From an uncultured cyanobacterium (lineage in GTDB: Bacteria; Cyanobacteriota; Cyanobacteriia; Phormidesmidales; Phormidesmidaceae): 64,000 nucleotides of DNA. The notes beneath the pieces were generated by a model, which was given only the letters and a program-made list of their open reading frames with translations, had not been told where the DNA came from and made no database searches. A program made the position numbers and the translations under genes. Position 1 is the stretch's first letter, and every line of letters begins with the position of its first letter. This document shows positions 9,779 through 22,739 of the stretch, piece by piece. The stretch spans positions 768,001 to 832,000 of the forward strand of contig CAWBZI010000002.1 of NCBI GenBank assembly GCA_963793265.1, read 5' to 3'.

Positions 9779-10498
9779 ATGGTAGATGCAGACACTAATG
9801 ACAACCAAAAGGGCGCGGATGAAAGTCCTGAAGGTATTGAGGAGCTTCGGCTAGAAGATGCCGCAACCGATATCGATTTCGATAAGGTGTTTGATGAAGA
9901 AGGCCAGGTGACAGGCGAACAGGCGGCAGATGAGGCTAACGATGGCTTAGAGGATATTTCGGCAGAGGATGCTTTTGCCGCAGAGGCTGGTGGTCGCGCG
10001 GCGTTGCAGCAGCAGATCAGCCAGTTGCAGGCGCAGCTCGAAGATCGTACGGGCCAATTTACTCGGCTGACGGCTGACTTTGATAACTTTCGTAAGCGCA
10101 CGGCGACTGAAAGAGAGAATCTAGAAACTCAGGTTAAGTGCAATACCATTAGCGGTCTGTTGGAAGTCATTGACAACTTTCAAAGAGCCAGATCGCAAAT
10201 CAAACCACAGACTGATGGCGAGATGAGTATTCATAAAAGTTACCAGGGCGTTTATAAGCAGTTTATCGAAGCACTCAAAAAACTTGGTGTATCGCCCATG
10301 CGGTGCGAAGGGCAGGAGTTTGATCCGAACCTGCACGAGGCTGTAATGCGCGAGCCGACTGACGAGTATCCCGAAGGGACTGTTATTGATGAGTTCGTGC
10401 GTGGGTATGTTTTAGGGGAACGTGTTTTGCGCCATGCCATGGTCAAAGTGGCAACACCCCTCGATCCTTCTGCTGAATCTGGCGAACCATCTTCTTAG
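9779..10498 (+). CDS. grpE: Nucleotide exchange factor GrpE
   Basis: 'ADFDNFRKR', 'FDPNLHEAV', 'GY.LGERVLRHAMVKV'. ATG at 9779 follows GGAGG; alternative start 9761. Confidence 0.95.
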   Translation: MVDADTNDNQKGADESPEGIEELRLEDAATDIDFDKVFDEEGQVTGEQAADEANDGLEDISAEDAFAAEAGGRAALQQQISQLQAQLEDRTGQFTRLTADFDNFRKRTATERENLETQVKCNTISGLLEVIDNFQRARSQIKPQTDGEMSIHKSYQGVYKQFIEALKKLGVSPMRCEGQEFDPNLHEAVMREPTDEYPEGTVIDEFVRGYVLGERVLRHAMVKVATPLDPSAESGEPSS

Positions 10499-10655
10499 GG
10501 CTTAATGGGCCGCGTACATGAGCTTTAAAGTGTCTGGCTATTAAAAGGATGTTTTAAAGCTTGGGCGTTGATGGAAGCCGATGTTTTTGGAAGAAGGGCT
10601 TGTGTAAGTGTGACGCGATCGCAAGCAACCTTCATTCAAAACGTTCAAACGGATT

Positions 10656-12710
10656 ATGGGAAAAGTTATTGGCATCGACTTGGGCACCACAAATAGCTGC
10701 GTAGCTGTACTGGAAGGTGGGAAGCCGGTGGTTATTCCCAACACCGAAGGAGGGCGCACGACGCCGAGTATTGTGGGCTTTGCTAAAGGCGGGGAGCGCT
10801 TGGTCGGTCAGTTGGCTAAGCGGCAGGCCGTCACGAACGCGGAGAATACTGTCTATAGTATTAAGCGCTTTATTGGGCGGCGCTGGAACGATACCGAAAC
10901 TGAGCGATCACGCGTCCCCTACAAATGCACCCCCGGCAAAGACGAAACCGTCGATGTCATGATCCGCGCCAAAAGCTTCACCCCGCAAGAAGTGTCAGCC
11001 ATGACCCTTCAAAAGCTTAAAAACGACGCAGAAGCCTACTTAGGCGAAGCCGTTAGCCAGGCCGTGATTACGGTACCGGCTTATTTCACAGACGCACAAA
11101 GGCAGGCGACTAAAGACGCTGGAACCATTGCCGGACTAGAAGTTCTTAGAATCATCAACGAGCCAACGGCAGCAGCGCTTTCCTACGGCTTAGACAAGCA
11201 AGATCAAGATCAGACTGTCTTAGTGTTTGACTTAGGCGGCGGCACTTTTGACGTGTCCATTTTGCAGCTAGGCGACGGCGTCTTTGAAGTCAGAGCGACT
11301 TCAGGTAACAACCATTTAGGCGGCGACGACTTCGATAACTGCATCGTTACCTGGATGACTGAAGCCTTCCAGCAGCAAGAGAAAATGGATCTCACCAACG
11401 ATCGGATGGCGCTTCAGCGCATTCGTGAGGCGGCTGAAAAGGCAAAGGTTGAGCTTTCAAGCATGGCTAAAACCTCGATTAACCTGCCGTTTATTGCAGC
11501 AGATGAAACCGGGCCTAAGCATTTAGAGATGGAGTTGACGCGATCGCAGTTCGAAGAACTCGCCGCCGAACTTGTCCAAAACACCCTAGAGCCCGTTAAA
11601 CAGGCTCTAAAAGACGCTGAACTTACCGCCGAAGACATCGAACGCATCCTTCTTGTCGGCGGCTCCACCCGCATTCCCGCCGTCCAAGCAGCCATCACCG
11701 CCTTCTTTAACGGCCAAACCCCCGACCGCTCCGTCAACCCAGACGAAGCGGTCGCTTTAGGAGCCTCCATTCAGGCAGGCGTTCTAGGCGGCGAGGTCAA
11801 AGACCTGCTGCTACTAGACGTAACGCCGCTCTCTATGGGCATCGAAACTTTAGGAGAAGTGTTCACAAAAGTCATTGAGCGCAACACAACTATTCCAACC
11901 AGCAGAACTCAGGTGTTCTCAACGGCAACCGATGGTCAGACCTCTGTAGAGGTACACGCGCTACAGGGCGAACGTGCCATGGCTAGAGATAATAAAAGTC
12001 TAGGTCGGTTTGAACTCACGGGGATTCCACCTGCGCCTAGAGGCGTTCCACAAATTGAAGTCTCTTTTGAGATTGACGCTGACGGCATTTTGCAGGTAGC
12101 GGCCAAGGACAGAGGCACGAACCGAGAGCAAAGCATCAAAATTACTAACCGGGGCGGACTGACACCTGCTGAAATCGCGCGGATGAAAGAGGAAGCCGAG
12201 ATGTTCGCAGGTGAAGACGAGCAGCGGAAGATTATCGCTGAGCTGCAAAACAAAGCTGACTCGCTCTTCTATAGCTACGAAACCGCGCTGCGTGATAGTG
12301 CAGGCACGATTTCTGAAGCCTTGAAGACCCAGGCCGAGACTGAAGCTGAAGCGCTAAGAGTAGCCGTCGCTAATAAGAATGTCGAGCCCGCCGAACTTAC
12401 CCAGAAGCTAGAAGCCCTACAGCAAACTATCTTTAATATCGGGGCTGGCCTCTACCAGCAGACTAACGAAGACGGCCATAGCTCCAGTAGCAATGAAATG
12501 CCAGGAGCCAACATACCAAACGCTGCACCAGCGGCATCAGCACCGCCTACGTCACCTAGCCCGCCCTCTGCACCTCCTACGCCTCCAGTACCTACGCCCA
12601 GACCTGAACCTGTCGCTGTCGCTACGCCCGCTGCTGCATATAGCAATGCCAGCGAAGAGGAGTTTGATATCGACAGCACAGTTGCCGCCGACTATGAAGC
12701 GATTGAGTAA
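10656..12710 (+). CDS. dnaK: Molecular chaperone DnaK (Pro-rich C-terminal tail)
   Basis: [19 protein letters not shown], '[10 protein letters not shown]'. Confidence 0.97.
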   Translation: MGKVIGIDLGTTNSCVAVLEGGKPVVIPNTEGGRTTPSIVGFAKGGERLVGQLAKRQAVTNAENTVYSIKRFIGRRWNDTETERSRVPYKCTPGKDETVDVMIRAKSFTPQEVSAMTLQKLKNDAEAYLGEAVSQAVITVPAYFTDAQRQATKDAGTIAGLEVLRIINEPTAAALSYGLDKQDQDQTVLVFDLGGGTFDVSILQLGDGVFEVRATSGNNHLGGDDFDNCIVTWMTEAFQQQEKMDLTNDRMALQRIREAAEKAKVELSSMAKTSINLPFIAADETGPKHLEMELTRSQFEELAAELVQNTLEPVKQALKDAELTAEDIERILLVGGSTRIPAVQAAITAFFNGQTPDRSVNPDEAVALGASIQAGVLGGEVKDLLLLDVTPLSMGIETLGEVFTKVIERNTTIPTSRTQVFSTATDGQTSVEVHALQGERAMARDNKSLGRFELTGIPPAPRGVPQIEVSFEIDADGILQVAAKDRGTNREQSIKITNRGGLTPAEIARMKEEAEMFAGEDEQRKIIAELQNKADSLFYSYETALRDSAGTISEALKTQAETEAEALRVAVANKNVEPAELTQKLEALQQTIFNIGAGLYQQTNEDGHSSSSNEMPGANIPNAAPAASAPPTSPSPPSAPPTPPVPTPRPEPVAVATPAAAYSNASEEEFDIDSTVAADYEAIE

Positions 12711-12761
12711 GCAATTAAGCAAACACCGTTTCTAGCGTTATTCCCTACGATCAAAGCCCTC

Positions 12762-12787
12762 ACGCGCCTCTTTCAGGCGCGTTTTTT
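12762..12787 (+). terminator. Intrinsic terminator after dnaK
   Basis: ACGCGCCT-CTTTC-AGGCGCGT followed by a T-run. Confidence 0.7.
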
Positions 12788-12917
12788 ATGGCAAGACTCT
12801 GAAAGCGCAGGCTAAAGCATAAACTGGAACGAAAGCGGGCTAATGCATCAGGATGTTTGCTATACAATGATTCAATGCGTGTTGATTTGTGACCTGCTAG
12901 TTCTTTTTCGTGACTGA

Positions 12918-14288
<1,371 letters not shown>

Positions 14289-14295
<7 letters not shown>

Positions 14296-14333
14296 CTTCA
14301 GATGCTGTGACTTCAGATGCTGTAGCTTCGGAT
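14289..14333 (+). repeat. 15-bp tandem repeat (2 exact copies, 1 degenerate)
   Basis: GCTGTGACTTCAGAT x2 then GCTGTAGCTTCGGAT, spanning the tusA-like stop and rsgA start. Confidence 0.85.
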
Positions 14334-15470
14334 TTTGAAGATTTATCGGTGGTTGCTGGGGCTTGGGTAGGAACGGTAGTGGCTATTCAGGCTAACTACT
14401 ATTCGGTGCAGCTAGATGAGGTGCCTGGGCTAGATAAGGTGAGGAAGCAGGCTGATTTGCCGGTTTTTTTGCTGTGTATTCGGCGAGGATTGCTCAAAAA
14501 GCTGGGCCAGCAGATTATGGTGGGCGATCGCGTGGCTGTAGAAGAACCCGACTGGCAGGGAATGAGGGGTGCGATCGCGACCGTCTACCCCCGTAAAACC
14601 TCCCTAGACCGCCCGCCCATCGCCAACGTAGACCAAATCCTTCTCGTATTCGCCCTGGCCGAACCTCAGCTAGATCCTCATCAGCTCAGCCGATTTCTAA
14701 TCAAGGCAGAATCTACCGGCATGGGCATCACGCTATGCCTCAATAAGCGCGATCTCATCGACGATAAAGCCGTCAGCTATTGGCAAAACAGAATTCAAGA
14801 ATGGGGCTACCAGGCTCTACTCGTCAGCATCCGCGACGATGACCAGCTCGAAACCGACCTCATCGCGGAGCTGCAAAGTAAAATCACAGTCGTCGCAGGC
14901 CCCTCTGGCGTAGGCAAATCCAGTCTTACTAACCGACTCATTCCCGATCAAGATCTTCGGGTTAATGCCGTTTCAGGAAAACTAGGCCGAGGCCGTCACA
15001 CCACTCGCCACGTAGAGCTATTTGAGCTTCCCAACGGCGGCTTTTTAGCAGACACCCCCGGCTTCAATCACCCTGACATCAATTGCTCTCCCGAAGAACT
15101 CAGTCAGTACTTCCCAGAAATTCGGCAGCGGCAGGCAGTAGCAAACTGTCAGTTCAACAACTGCCTGCATAGAGACGAGCCTGGCTGTATCGTACGCGGC
15201 AGTTGGGAAAGGTACGAACACTACCTCACGGTGCTAACAGAGGTGATTCAGCAGCAGCAAAACCTTTTGCATCAGCCGGATGCAGAGGCTACCGACAAAG
15301 TGAAGATGGTAGAAGACGGCAAGGTGCTGCGTGAGCCTAGATTGGAAGCTAAAAAATACCGCCGCACCTCACGAAAAACGCGCAATCAAGCTTTTCAAGA
15401 GCTGTGCATAGATCTTTCAGCCGTTGAGGATCTTGAAGACCTCGAAGATTTAGAGGATATTAGCCGGTAG
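14292..15470 (+). CDS. rsgA: Small ribosomal subunit biogenesis GTPase RsgA
   Basis: Circularly permuted GTPase: NKRD, GPSGVGKSS, GRHTT, DTPG, Zn motif CQFNNCLH..EPGC. Confidence 0.95.
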
Positions 15471-15477
15471 CCAGCGC

Positions 15478-15867
15478 TTAGTCGCCGCAGTAGACTATTA
15501 AATCAATTTCAACGTCGCCAAATCCAGCTAAGGCAGTGATGCCTACGGTCGTGCGCCCCGGATATCTACCGGCTGTAAAACGGCTGGAATAAATACGATT
15601 GACCGTCTCGTAGTAGCGAAAATCAGTCACAAAAATGCGAGACATCACTACTTTCTCGAAGCTAGTACCGGCATGTTCTAGCACCAACCGCAGGTTATCC
15701 ATCACCCGCTCCGTTTGAGCCTCAATCGAGTCTTTCACAACTTCACCTGTATCAGGATCTTCGGCTAGCTGCCCAGTCACAAACAAAAAGTCACCGGCTC
15801 GAACCGCATGAGAATAGGGGGCAACTGGCGGCAGCTTACCATCGGGAAGATTAATAAATTCCAGCAT
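15478..15867 (-). CDS. RidA/YjgF-family protein
   Basis: 'PYSHAVRAGDFLFVTGQ', 'YPGRTTV', 'VEID'. Confidence 0.9.
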   Translation of the reverse strand: MLEFINLPDGKLPPVAPYSHAVRAGDFLFVTGQLAEDPDTGEVVKDSIEAQTERVMDNLRLVLEHAGTSFEKVVMSRIFVTDFRYYETVNRIYSSRFTAGRYPGRTTVGITALAGFGDVEIDLIVYCGD

Positions 15868-15898
15868 GTTTCATAGGTTCTTTTACTGCTTTTGTAGC

Positions 15899-17344
15899 CT
15901 AGCGATGCCAGGAGGTAACGCCACCCGGCTTGTCGATCAAGCTAATCCCCTGAGCGCTCAACTCATCTCGAATCCGATCTGATTCGGCGTAGTTTTTAGC
16001 CTGCTTTGCAGCTTTACGCTGCTCAATTAGTCGCTCAATATCTGCATCGCTCATTCCATCATCTGATGTAGACACTTCAATTGCTTGAGCTTCTAGTCCC
16101 AGAACACTCGCAAGCTCCACCAGCGTTTTCCACTGCTGCTGGAGATCTGCGCTATCCGCATCGGGCTTGCCCTCGTGAACAATCACATTACCTTGGCGCT
16201 GAAGCTCCTTGGCTAAGCCGAACAGCACAGCAACCGCGCCGGGCGTATTGAAGTCATCGTCCATAGATAATTTGAACTGTGCGATCGCTTCCTCATTCAC
16301 CTTAGCGCTATCTCCTTGCCAGCCCAGCTTCTCGCCGTACTGCCCACCAAAGTTTAACCCTTCATTCAGCGTCGCCCAGCCGTTCATTGCAGCCGCGATC
16401 GCCTCCTCTGTAAAGTCCAAAGGCATTCGATACTGCGACTGCATCACAAACATCCGAATCGCCATTGGATCGGGCGCATCAGGCGCGTCTAAGAGGCCGC
16501 GAATGGTAGTGAAGTTGCCCAGTGATTTAGACATTTTGGTACCGTCTACATTCACCATGCCGTTGTGCATCCAGTAAACCGATAAAGGCTTGCCGGTAGC
16601 AGCTTCGGACTGGGCAATTTCGTTTTCGTGATGGGGGAACTGAAGGTCTGCGCCGCCCATGTGGATGTCGATGGTGTCACCGAGGCGATCGCGCACCATT
16701 GCCGAACACTCAATATGCCAGCCCGGTCGCCCCGGCCCCCAAGGCGACTCCCAAGCAGGCTCATCCGCCTTCGCCGCCTTCCACAGCGCAAAATCAAACG
16801 GATCTTGCTTAATCTGCGTCTGCTCAGCATCCATCCGACCGCTCTCCCCGGCCCGCATATCCTCTAGCTTGCGCCCCGAAAGCTTGCCATACCCCTCAAA
16901 CTTACGCACCGAGTAGTACACGTCACCCTCAGCCGGATAGGCATAGCCCTTCTGCTCCAGCTCATGAATTAATCGCTTGATGCCATCAATCGTATGCGTA
17001 GCGTACGTATACTCATCGGCCTCTAAAATATTCAGCCGCGCCATATCTTCAAAATAAGCCGCCGTATACTTCTCGGCTACCGCCTTCATAGAAGTGCTTT
17101 CTTTGCGAGCGCGATTGAGGATTTTATCGTCAATATCGGTAAAATTTTGGATGTAGCGAACGTCATATCCCCGCCAGCTCAGATATCGTCGCACTGTATC
17201 CCACACGATGTACGAACGAGCATGGCCTAAGTGGCAGTAGTCATACACCGTCACGCCGCAGCAATACATTTTCACCTGATCGGGTATCAGGGTGTTAAAG
17301 GCTTCCTTTTGGCGAGAAAGCGTGTTGTAAATAGCGACGCTCAT
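15899..17344 (-). CDS. cysS: Cysteine--tRNA ligase
   Basis: CGVTVYD.CHLGH, 'GRPGWHIECS', 'FPHHENE', KMSKSLGN. Confidence 0.97.
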   Translation of the reverse strand: MSVAIYNTLSRQKEAFNTLIPDQVKMYCCGVTVYDYCHLGHARSYIVWDTVRRYLSWRGYDVRYIQNFTDIDDKILNRARKESTSMKAVAEKYTAAYFEDMARLNILEADEYTYATHTIDGIKRLIHELEQKGYAYPAEGDVYYSVRKFEGYGKLSGRKLEDMRAGESGRMDAEQTQIKQDPFDFALWKAAKADEPAWESPWGPGRPGWHIECSAMVRDRLGDTIDIHMGGADLQFPHHENEIAQSEAATGKPLSVYWMHNGMVNVDGTKMSKSLGNFTTIRGLLDAPDAPDPMAIRMFVMQSQYRMPLDFTEEAIAAAMNGWATLNEGLNFGGQYGEKLGWQGDSAKVNEEAIAQFKLSMDDDFNTPGAVAVLFGLAKELQRQGNVIVHEGKPDADSADLQQQWKTLVELASVLGLEAQAIEVSTSDDGMSDADIERLIEQRKAAKQAKNYAESDRIRDELSAQGISLIDKPGGVTSWHR

Positions 17345-17543
17345 AGGGATCGAGGTGACGAAAAATAGCTTGGAGCAATCTTAATAGTAGATTGAAACCA
17401 GTAGATTAAAACCTGTGGCTCAACGCCGCTACCAGAGCCGCTATTTCTGTAGGCGCAAATACTTTAATTGACGTGAAGTTACACGCCCAAGTTTTGATAG
17501 ATGCGTGATAATTAATCTTTGGAAGTCACCGAAGTAGATTTTT

Positions 17544-18746
17544 ATGACTGCTACGACAATTGCCTCTAGCCCTTCAAACGTCCCGTCAATGGATGCCTCT
17601 AAGCATGGGCTACCCGTCACGATTATCACCGGCTTTTTGGGCAGCGGAAAAACCACTCTGCTCAACCACATTTTGACAAACCAGGACGGGCTAAAAACGG
17701 CAGTACTCGTAAATGAATTTGGTGAGGTCGGCATTGATAACGATCTGCTGATCACCACGGGCGACGACAATATGGTGGAGCTAAGCAACGGCTGCATCTG
17801 CTGCACTATTAACAATGACTTGCTAGAAGCCGTCTATAAGGTTCTAGAGCGCTCAGACAAAATTGACTACCTCGTTGTAGAAACCACTGGCCTTGCCGAC
17901 CCGCTACCTGTTGCCCTTACCTTCTTAGGCACCGAGCTACGCGACCTTACCCGGCTAGATTCGATTGTGACCGTAGTCGATGCCGAAAACTACAGCCTTG
18001 ACCTGTTCAACTCGCAAGCTGCCTACAACCAGATTGCCTACGGCGACATCATTTTGCTTAACAAAATGGATGTCGTAGATGAGGCCGATGCGGACATATT
18101 AGAAGTCAAACTGCGCGACATTAAGCAAGACGCTCGCATTCTGCGCACCGACCACTCAAATGTGCCACTACCGCTGATTCTGAGCGTAGGATTGTTTGAG
18201 TCAGACAAGTACTTTGGTGACAAAGACGAGCCGAAAGCAGATAGTCACGATCATTCAGCTCATAATCACGAATCTCATGACCATTCAGCGCATGAGCACG
18301 ACGCGCACGATCATGATAGCCACGAGTCTCATGACCACAGCAGTCACGAAGACCATTCTGACTGCGATCATGACCACGGGCACTGCGAACACGATCACGA
18401 CCACAGCGCCCATTCCCACCTGGATATAGACGGATTCACCTCGGTTTCCTTCGACCGCGACCAGCCCTTAGCCATTCGCAAGTTTCAGCATTTTCTAGAC
18501 AACCAGTTGCCCGCGTCAGTCTTTAGAGCCAAAGGCATTCTGTGGTTTGATGAAAGCCCTAAGCGCCACGTGTTTCATCTGAGCGGCAAGCGGTTTTCGC
18601 TGGAAGATGAAGAATGGAACGGCAGACCTAAGAAAAGCCAGATCGTGTTTATTGGTCAGGATTTGGATGAAGAGACGATTAGAAAGCAGGTTGAGAGCTG
18701 TTTTTGTATTGAGTCTGCCGATAGGGGTAAGGGATTTGGTAGGTAG
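17544..18746 (+). CDS. CobW/COG0523 metallochaperone GTPase with His-rich insert
   Basis: GFLGSGKTT, 'NGCICC', ETTG, a His/Asp-rich tract and a CobW C-terminal domain. Confidence 0.92.
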   Translation: MTATTIASSPSNVPSMDASKHGLPVTIITGFLGSGKTTLLNHILTNQDGLKTAVLVNEFGEVGIDNDLLITTGDDNMVELSNGCICCTINNDLLEAVYKVLERSDKIDYLVVETTGLADPLPVALTFLGTELRDLTRLDSIVTVVDAENYSLDLFNSQAAYNQIAYGDIILLNKMDVVDEADADILEVKLRDIKQDARILRTDHSNVPLPLILSVGLFESDKYFGDKDEPKADSHDHSAHNHESHDHSAHEHDAHDHDSHESHDHSSHEDHSDCDHDHGHCEHDHDHSAHSHLDIDGFTSVSFDRDQPLAIRKFQHFLDNQLPASVFRAKGILWFDESPKRHVFHLSGKRFSLEDEEWNGRPKKSQIVFIGQDLDEETIRKQVESCFCIESADRGKGFGR

Positions 18747-18999
18747 CGCAGTACAACATGTGCGGATGGCAAACTAATCGGTCAGATTAGGAAGTTGAAT
18801 CAGTGGGTGAGTGCGATCACAAAAACCACCGAACTTTCCGTAACAAAGGCAGCATATTTGCATCTCAATAAATCTTAATATTCAGTAGAGTCGCTAATTG
18901 AACTTGACAATATAGCGAAAAGCCGGGGTTCGCATTCTCAATCGCCCTGTTACTGTAAAAAAGTATTAAGATGCTGCAATAAAGGCAATTATCTGCACT

Positions 19000-19830
19000 A
19001 TGTCCGCATGTAACTTTTCAATTAACGCGGTTCAGCCGTCTGAAAGCGCTATTGCCTCCAAGCAGGTTGCTGTGCCCAAACAAGTTGTTTTCTGCGATTT
19101 TGACGGCCCTATCGTTGATGTTTCGGAGCGCTACTACCAAACGTACCGTCAGGGCTTGCTAGCAATTGAACAGCAGTACGGGCAGGAACACTTGTCGTCT
19201 TCTAGGTCAACTTTCCACATTCGCCCGCTATCGAAAGCGCAGTTTTGGCAGATGAAGCAAAACAGAGTTGCCGATCTTGAAATTGCCCTGCGTTCAGGAC
19301 TGCCCACTGATTTGTTTGAGCCTTTCATGCATCGGGTGGTACAAATTGTGAACCATCCAAGCTTGCTGCGGTGGGACTGTTTGCAGCCCAAAGCGCAGAT
19401 TGCTTTGAACTACTTTAGAGCGTGCAATATGCGCTTAGTTCTAGTGACTTTGCGTCACCCCGAGCAGGTTCAGGAATTTTTGCAGGCTCAGGGGCTAGAG
19501 CACTTGGTCGCTGAAGTGTATGGGGCTTTGGATGTGAATGCGGCTCATGCCAATCGGGTGGAGCAGAAGCAGGCGCTGTTGAGTAAAGCGATCGCGCAGC
19601 AGAAAGCCCAAGGCTACCTCACTCAAAACGACTGGCAAAATAGCTGGATGATTGGCGACACCGAAGCTGACGTATTAGCCGCTCAAGCCATGGGTCTTCC
19701 AAGCGCTGCCCTTTGCTGCGGTGTTCGTAGCCGCACCTACTTGCAAAACCTAGCACCTTCAAAAATGTACAACTGCTTGATGACAGCCGCTCGCGACCTT
19801 GCCCAAGCACCGCTACTTCAAGCTGCATAA
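19000..19830 (+). CDS. HAD-family hydrolase
   Basis: Motif I 'CDFDGPI' and motif IV 'MIGDTEAD'. Confidence 0.88.
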   Translation: MSACNFSINAVQPSESAIASKQVAVPKQVVFCDFDGPIVDVSERYYQTYRQGLLAIEQQYGQEHLSSSRSTFHIRPLSKAQFWQMKQNRVADLEIALRSGLPTDLFEPFMHRVVQIVNHPSLLRWDCLQPKAQIALNYFRACNMRLVLVTLRHPEQVQEFLQAQGLEHLVAEVYGALDVNAAHANRVEQKQALLSKAIAQQKAQGYLTQNDWQNSWMIGDTEADVLAAQAMGLPSAALCCGVRSRTYLQNLAPSKMYNCLMTAARDLAQAPLLQAA

Positions 19831-19847
19831 AAAACGCGCTTTCAAAG

Positions 19848-20438
19848 TCACTCACTCACGCGGTATCGTTCCCACCAGCGCTTGAGCGGATAGTAAAGCG
19901 CAGGAGCCCAAAGGCTGCTCAAAATAGCTGAGCTGAGCGCAACCCTTTGGTGATAGCCCCATACAGAGCCTAGTCCGCCATAGAGCGGTTCTTTGCCAAA
20001 TAGATATTGTGCGCTGAGCTGTAGTGCGATCGCTGTCTCAGCTAGTACGGCCAGGCCAAACACTATCAGCGCAATTGAAATCAAATCTTCTTGGATAAAT
20101 CGGCGTTGCTGCAATCGGGCGGTAAGAATACCGGCTAGCATGAGCCCTAGCGCGTGAGTTGGAAATGAAATGAGGAAATTGGATTGAAGCGGGACGGTGA
20201 GGCTGTCTTGGAGGAGTCCTAAGACGAGGCCAGCGATCGCGCCCTCAAAAGGCGTACGGCTAATGCTCCAAGCGACGATCCAAATCAATAGCCAGTTAGG
20301 CCCAACCCCCAAAATATCCATGCCAGGTAGCCGCATCGGCAAAATCAGCAGGCAAAAATAAACTGAGCCAATCGTTACCAGCCAGTTCCAAAACTGCTTG
20401 CGAGAATCTGAACGCCGCCGGGGCCGAAAAGAGGTCAT
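19848..20438 (-). CDS. mreD: Rod shape-determining protein MreD
   Basis: Hydrophobic protein with 'GPNWLLIW' and 'GLLQD'; third gene of mreBCD. Confidence 0.9.
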   Translation of the reverse strand: MTSFRPRRRSDSRKQFWNWLVTIGSVYFCLLILPMRLPGMDILGVGPNWLLIWIVAWSISRTPFEGAIAGLVLGLLQDSLTVPLQSNFLISFPTHALGLMLAGILTARLQQRRFIQEDLISIALIVFGLAVLAETAIALQLSAQYLFGKEPLYGGLGSVWGYHQRVALSSAILSSLWAPALYYPLKRWWERYRVSE

Positions 20439-20468
20439 AGGTAAAAATTACCGGCTAAAGACCACCGG

Positions 20469-21260
20469 CTAAGGATTATCGTCCGTCACAATCTCAGCCG
20501 GGGCTGCGTCTACATCTAACTTTGGTGAATAAGGATGAATCGTGACCCATTCCAAATTACTCAGCGGCACCGATAGCTGCACAACGGCCTCGGGAGCTGG
20601 GCTTTTCTCTAAATTGATAGAAGCAACCCTGCCGATCGGCACGTCTTGAGGAAAAAGCCGACTGAAAGAAGACGTGACTAAAACATCGCCCGCTTCAACA
20701 TCAGGATCTTTCTCAAAGAACTGCATCTTAACTTCGCTGCCCATTTCGCCTCGAATGTAGCCAGTTGCCCGGCTGCGGCTAACCTTAGCCCCAATTTGGC
20801 TAGTTGGATCGCTCAGCAGCAAAAGACGAGACGTATTCGGCGTAACGCTGACAACTCTACCGACTAGCCCACCGGGGCCAGTTGCAATATCACCGACTTT
20901 CACATTAGCGCTGCTGCCTTTATTCACTATGAGCTGCTGCCACCAGTGATCAGCGCTGCGCCCAATCACAGCCGCCAGCGTCGTCGTATCTAAATTACTG
21001 CCTTTCTCATAGTCAATCAGCTCGCGCAGCTTTTGATTCTGATTTTCTAGCTCAACCACGCGCTGCTGTAGCTCTAGCACGTAAGCATTTTCTATTTGCT
21101 TGGTCGTTGAAGGGCGCTGAAAAGGGCGCGTGATCACCTGATAGGTTTCATCAACTAGGGCTCCGTTTGTTTGACGAATACCCCAAGCCGTACCGATCGC
21201 TAAAAAGATCAGCCCGGCTTTGAGCGCATTTTTATCCCACCATCGTCTTAAAGCAAACAT
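20469..21260 (-). CDS. mreC: Rod shape-determining protein MreC
   Basis: TM helix, coiled coil 'LENQNQKLRELI', 'GLVGRV', 'GD.LVTS'. Confidence 0.93.
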   Translation of the reverse strand: MFALRRWWDKNALKAGLIFLAIGTAWGIRQTNGALVDETYQVITRPFQRPSTTKQIENAYVLELQQRVVELENQNQKLRELIDYEKGSNLDTTTLAAVIGRSADHWWQQLIVNKGSSANVKVGDIATGPGGLVGRVVSVTPNTSRLLLLSDPTSQIGAKVSRSRATGYIRGEMGSEVKMQFFEKDPDVEAGDVLVTSSFSRLFPQDVPIGRVASINLEKSPAPEAVVQLSVPLSNLEWVTIHPYSPKLDVDAAPAEIVTDDNP

Positions 21261-21320
21261 GTATGCAGATGCATTATCTATCTTTTGGCAAACTCAACCC
21301 GTCAACGCTAAGCAATCGCA

Positions 21321-22364
21321 CTACAGATCTCTCGATCTCGCACTGAACACCCGCTCCATCTGGCTAAAGTTCTCAAGCACCCGGCCCGTCCCCAACACCA
21401 CACAGCTCAACGGATCGGCAGCGACATGAACCACAATGCCTGTCTCATGAGAAATCAGCGTATCGAGTCCTTTGAGTAGCGCGCCACCGCCCGCAAGCAT
21501 GATACCGCGATCAATAATGTCTGCGGCTAGCTCAGGGGGCGTTTTCTCGAGTGTCCGCTTTACCGCTTCTACAATCACAGAGAGCGGTTCAGCCATACTT
21601 TCACGAATTTCTGGGCTCTTGACGGTCACCGTTCTCGGCAGGCCAGAGAGCATGTGCACGCCGCGAACTTCTAGCGAAATTTCATCGTCATCAGGGCTAG
21701 GGTAGGCAGAGCTAATTTTGACCTTTATTTCTTCGGCAGTGCGATCGCCAATCTCCAGATTATTCACCTTCCGCATATAGTGCTTAATCGAATCGGTCAG
21801 CTCATCACCCGCCACCCGCACCGACTCACTCAGCACCGTGCCCTGCAAGCTCAGCACCGCCACTTCAGTCGTGCCGCCGCCAATATCCACGATCATGTTG
21901 CCCGTAGGCTCATCTACTGGTAGCCCGGCTCCAATTGCTGCCGCCACCGGCTCATCAATTAAGTACACCATCCGCGCCCCAGCCTGAAGCGCCGCATCCA
22001 TTACCGCCCTACGCTCTACGCCCGTCACACCACTAGGAATACCAATCACAACCTTCGGTGAAACCAGTGCCTTGTTTTCATGTACGCGGCGGATAAAGTG
22101 CTTTAGCATCACCTCTGCAATGTCAAAGTCTGCAATCACGCCATCCCTGAGCGGGCGAATGGCTCTGATATTATCCGGCGTTCGGCCTAGCATTTGCTTT
22201 GCTTCTTCGCCAACGGCTAATGGTTTACCTGTGGTTTCATCAATAGCAACGACGGAAGGCTCTTGTAAAACAACCCCTCGTCCCGACACGTAAACTAAGG
22301 TATTTGCCGTTCCGAGGTCGATACCCATGTCACGGGAGAGGGATAAGCGATTGAATAATGCCAC
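21321..22364 (-). CDS. mreB: Rod shape-determining protein MreB
   Basis: GIDLGTANT, 'EPVAAAIGAGL', DIGGGTTEVA, AGGGALL. Confidence 0.97.
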   Translation of the reverse strand: MALFNRLSLSRDMGIDLGTANTLVYVSGRGVVLQEPSVVAIDETTGKPLAVGEEAKQMLGRTPDNIRAIRPLRDGVIADFDIAEVMLKHFIRRVHENKALVSPKVVIGIPSGVTGVERRAVMDAALQAGARMVYLIDEPVAAAIGAGLPVDEPTGNMIVDIGGGTTEVAVLSLQGTVLSESVRVAGDELTDSIKHYMRKVNNLEIGDRTAEEIKVKISSAYPSPDDDEISLEVRGVHMLSGLPRTVTVKSPEIRESMAEPLSVIVEAVKRTLEKTPPELAADIIDRGIMLAGGGALLKGLDTLISHETGIVVHVAADPLSCVVLGTGRVLENFSQMERVFSARSRDL

Positions 22365-22697
22365 AAGCTAAGGGCCCCTATAGAGCTTTGATGTTGACGA
22401 ACTGACGAGTCGAATGGATTTTATTACGTTTCATATCAAGCCGTCTAGTCGGTTTGATAAAATCTATGTTCTATCAAAATGATGAATATCCGTGCGCTTT
22501 GATAGGTTTTCGTAACCAATGTTTGAATGAATACGCGCTATGGGCGGTTATACCTGGCAGGCGTAGCGAGTCCAAGTTTGCGTAATTGGCCTAAATCTAT
22601 AGTGACTGGCCTAATTGTACAGAGGTTAGGGCCGCTTATACTGGAAATATAAAGGCTTTTTGAGAGTTTACGGGTTACTCATGCAAGTCGCTACAAT

Positions 22698-22711
22698 AGT
22701 AAATAAGTACT
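22698..22711. promoter_or_regulatory. Putative cyanobacterial LexA box upstream of ssb
   Basis: AGTAA-ATA-AGTACT, one mismatch to RGTAC-N3-DGTWCB, immediately after a TACAAT -10-like hexamer (22692-22697). Confidence 0.5.
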
Positions 22712-22739
22712 TAGATTAATTCCAGGAACATAAACGGTT

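Noticed and set aside
9491..10656. CIRCE element for grpE-dnaK
   Set aside because: No TTAGCACTC-N9-GAGTGCTAA; only a partial TAGCACT near 9563.
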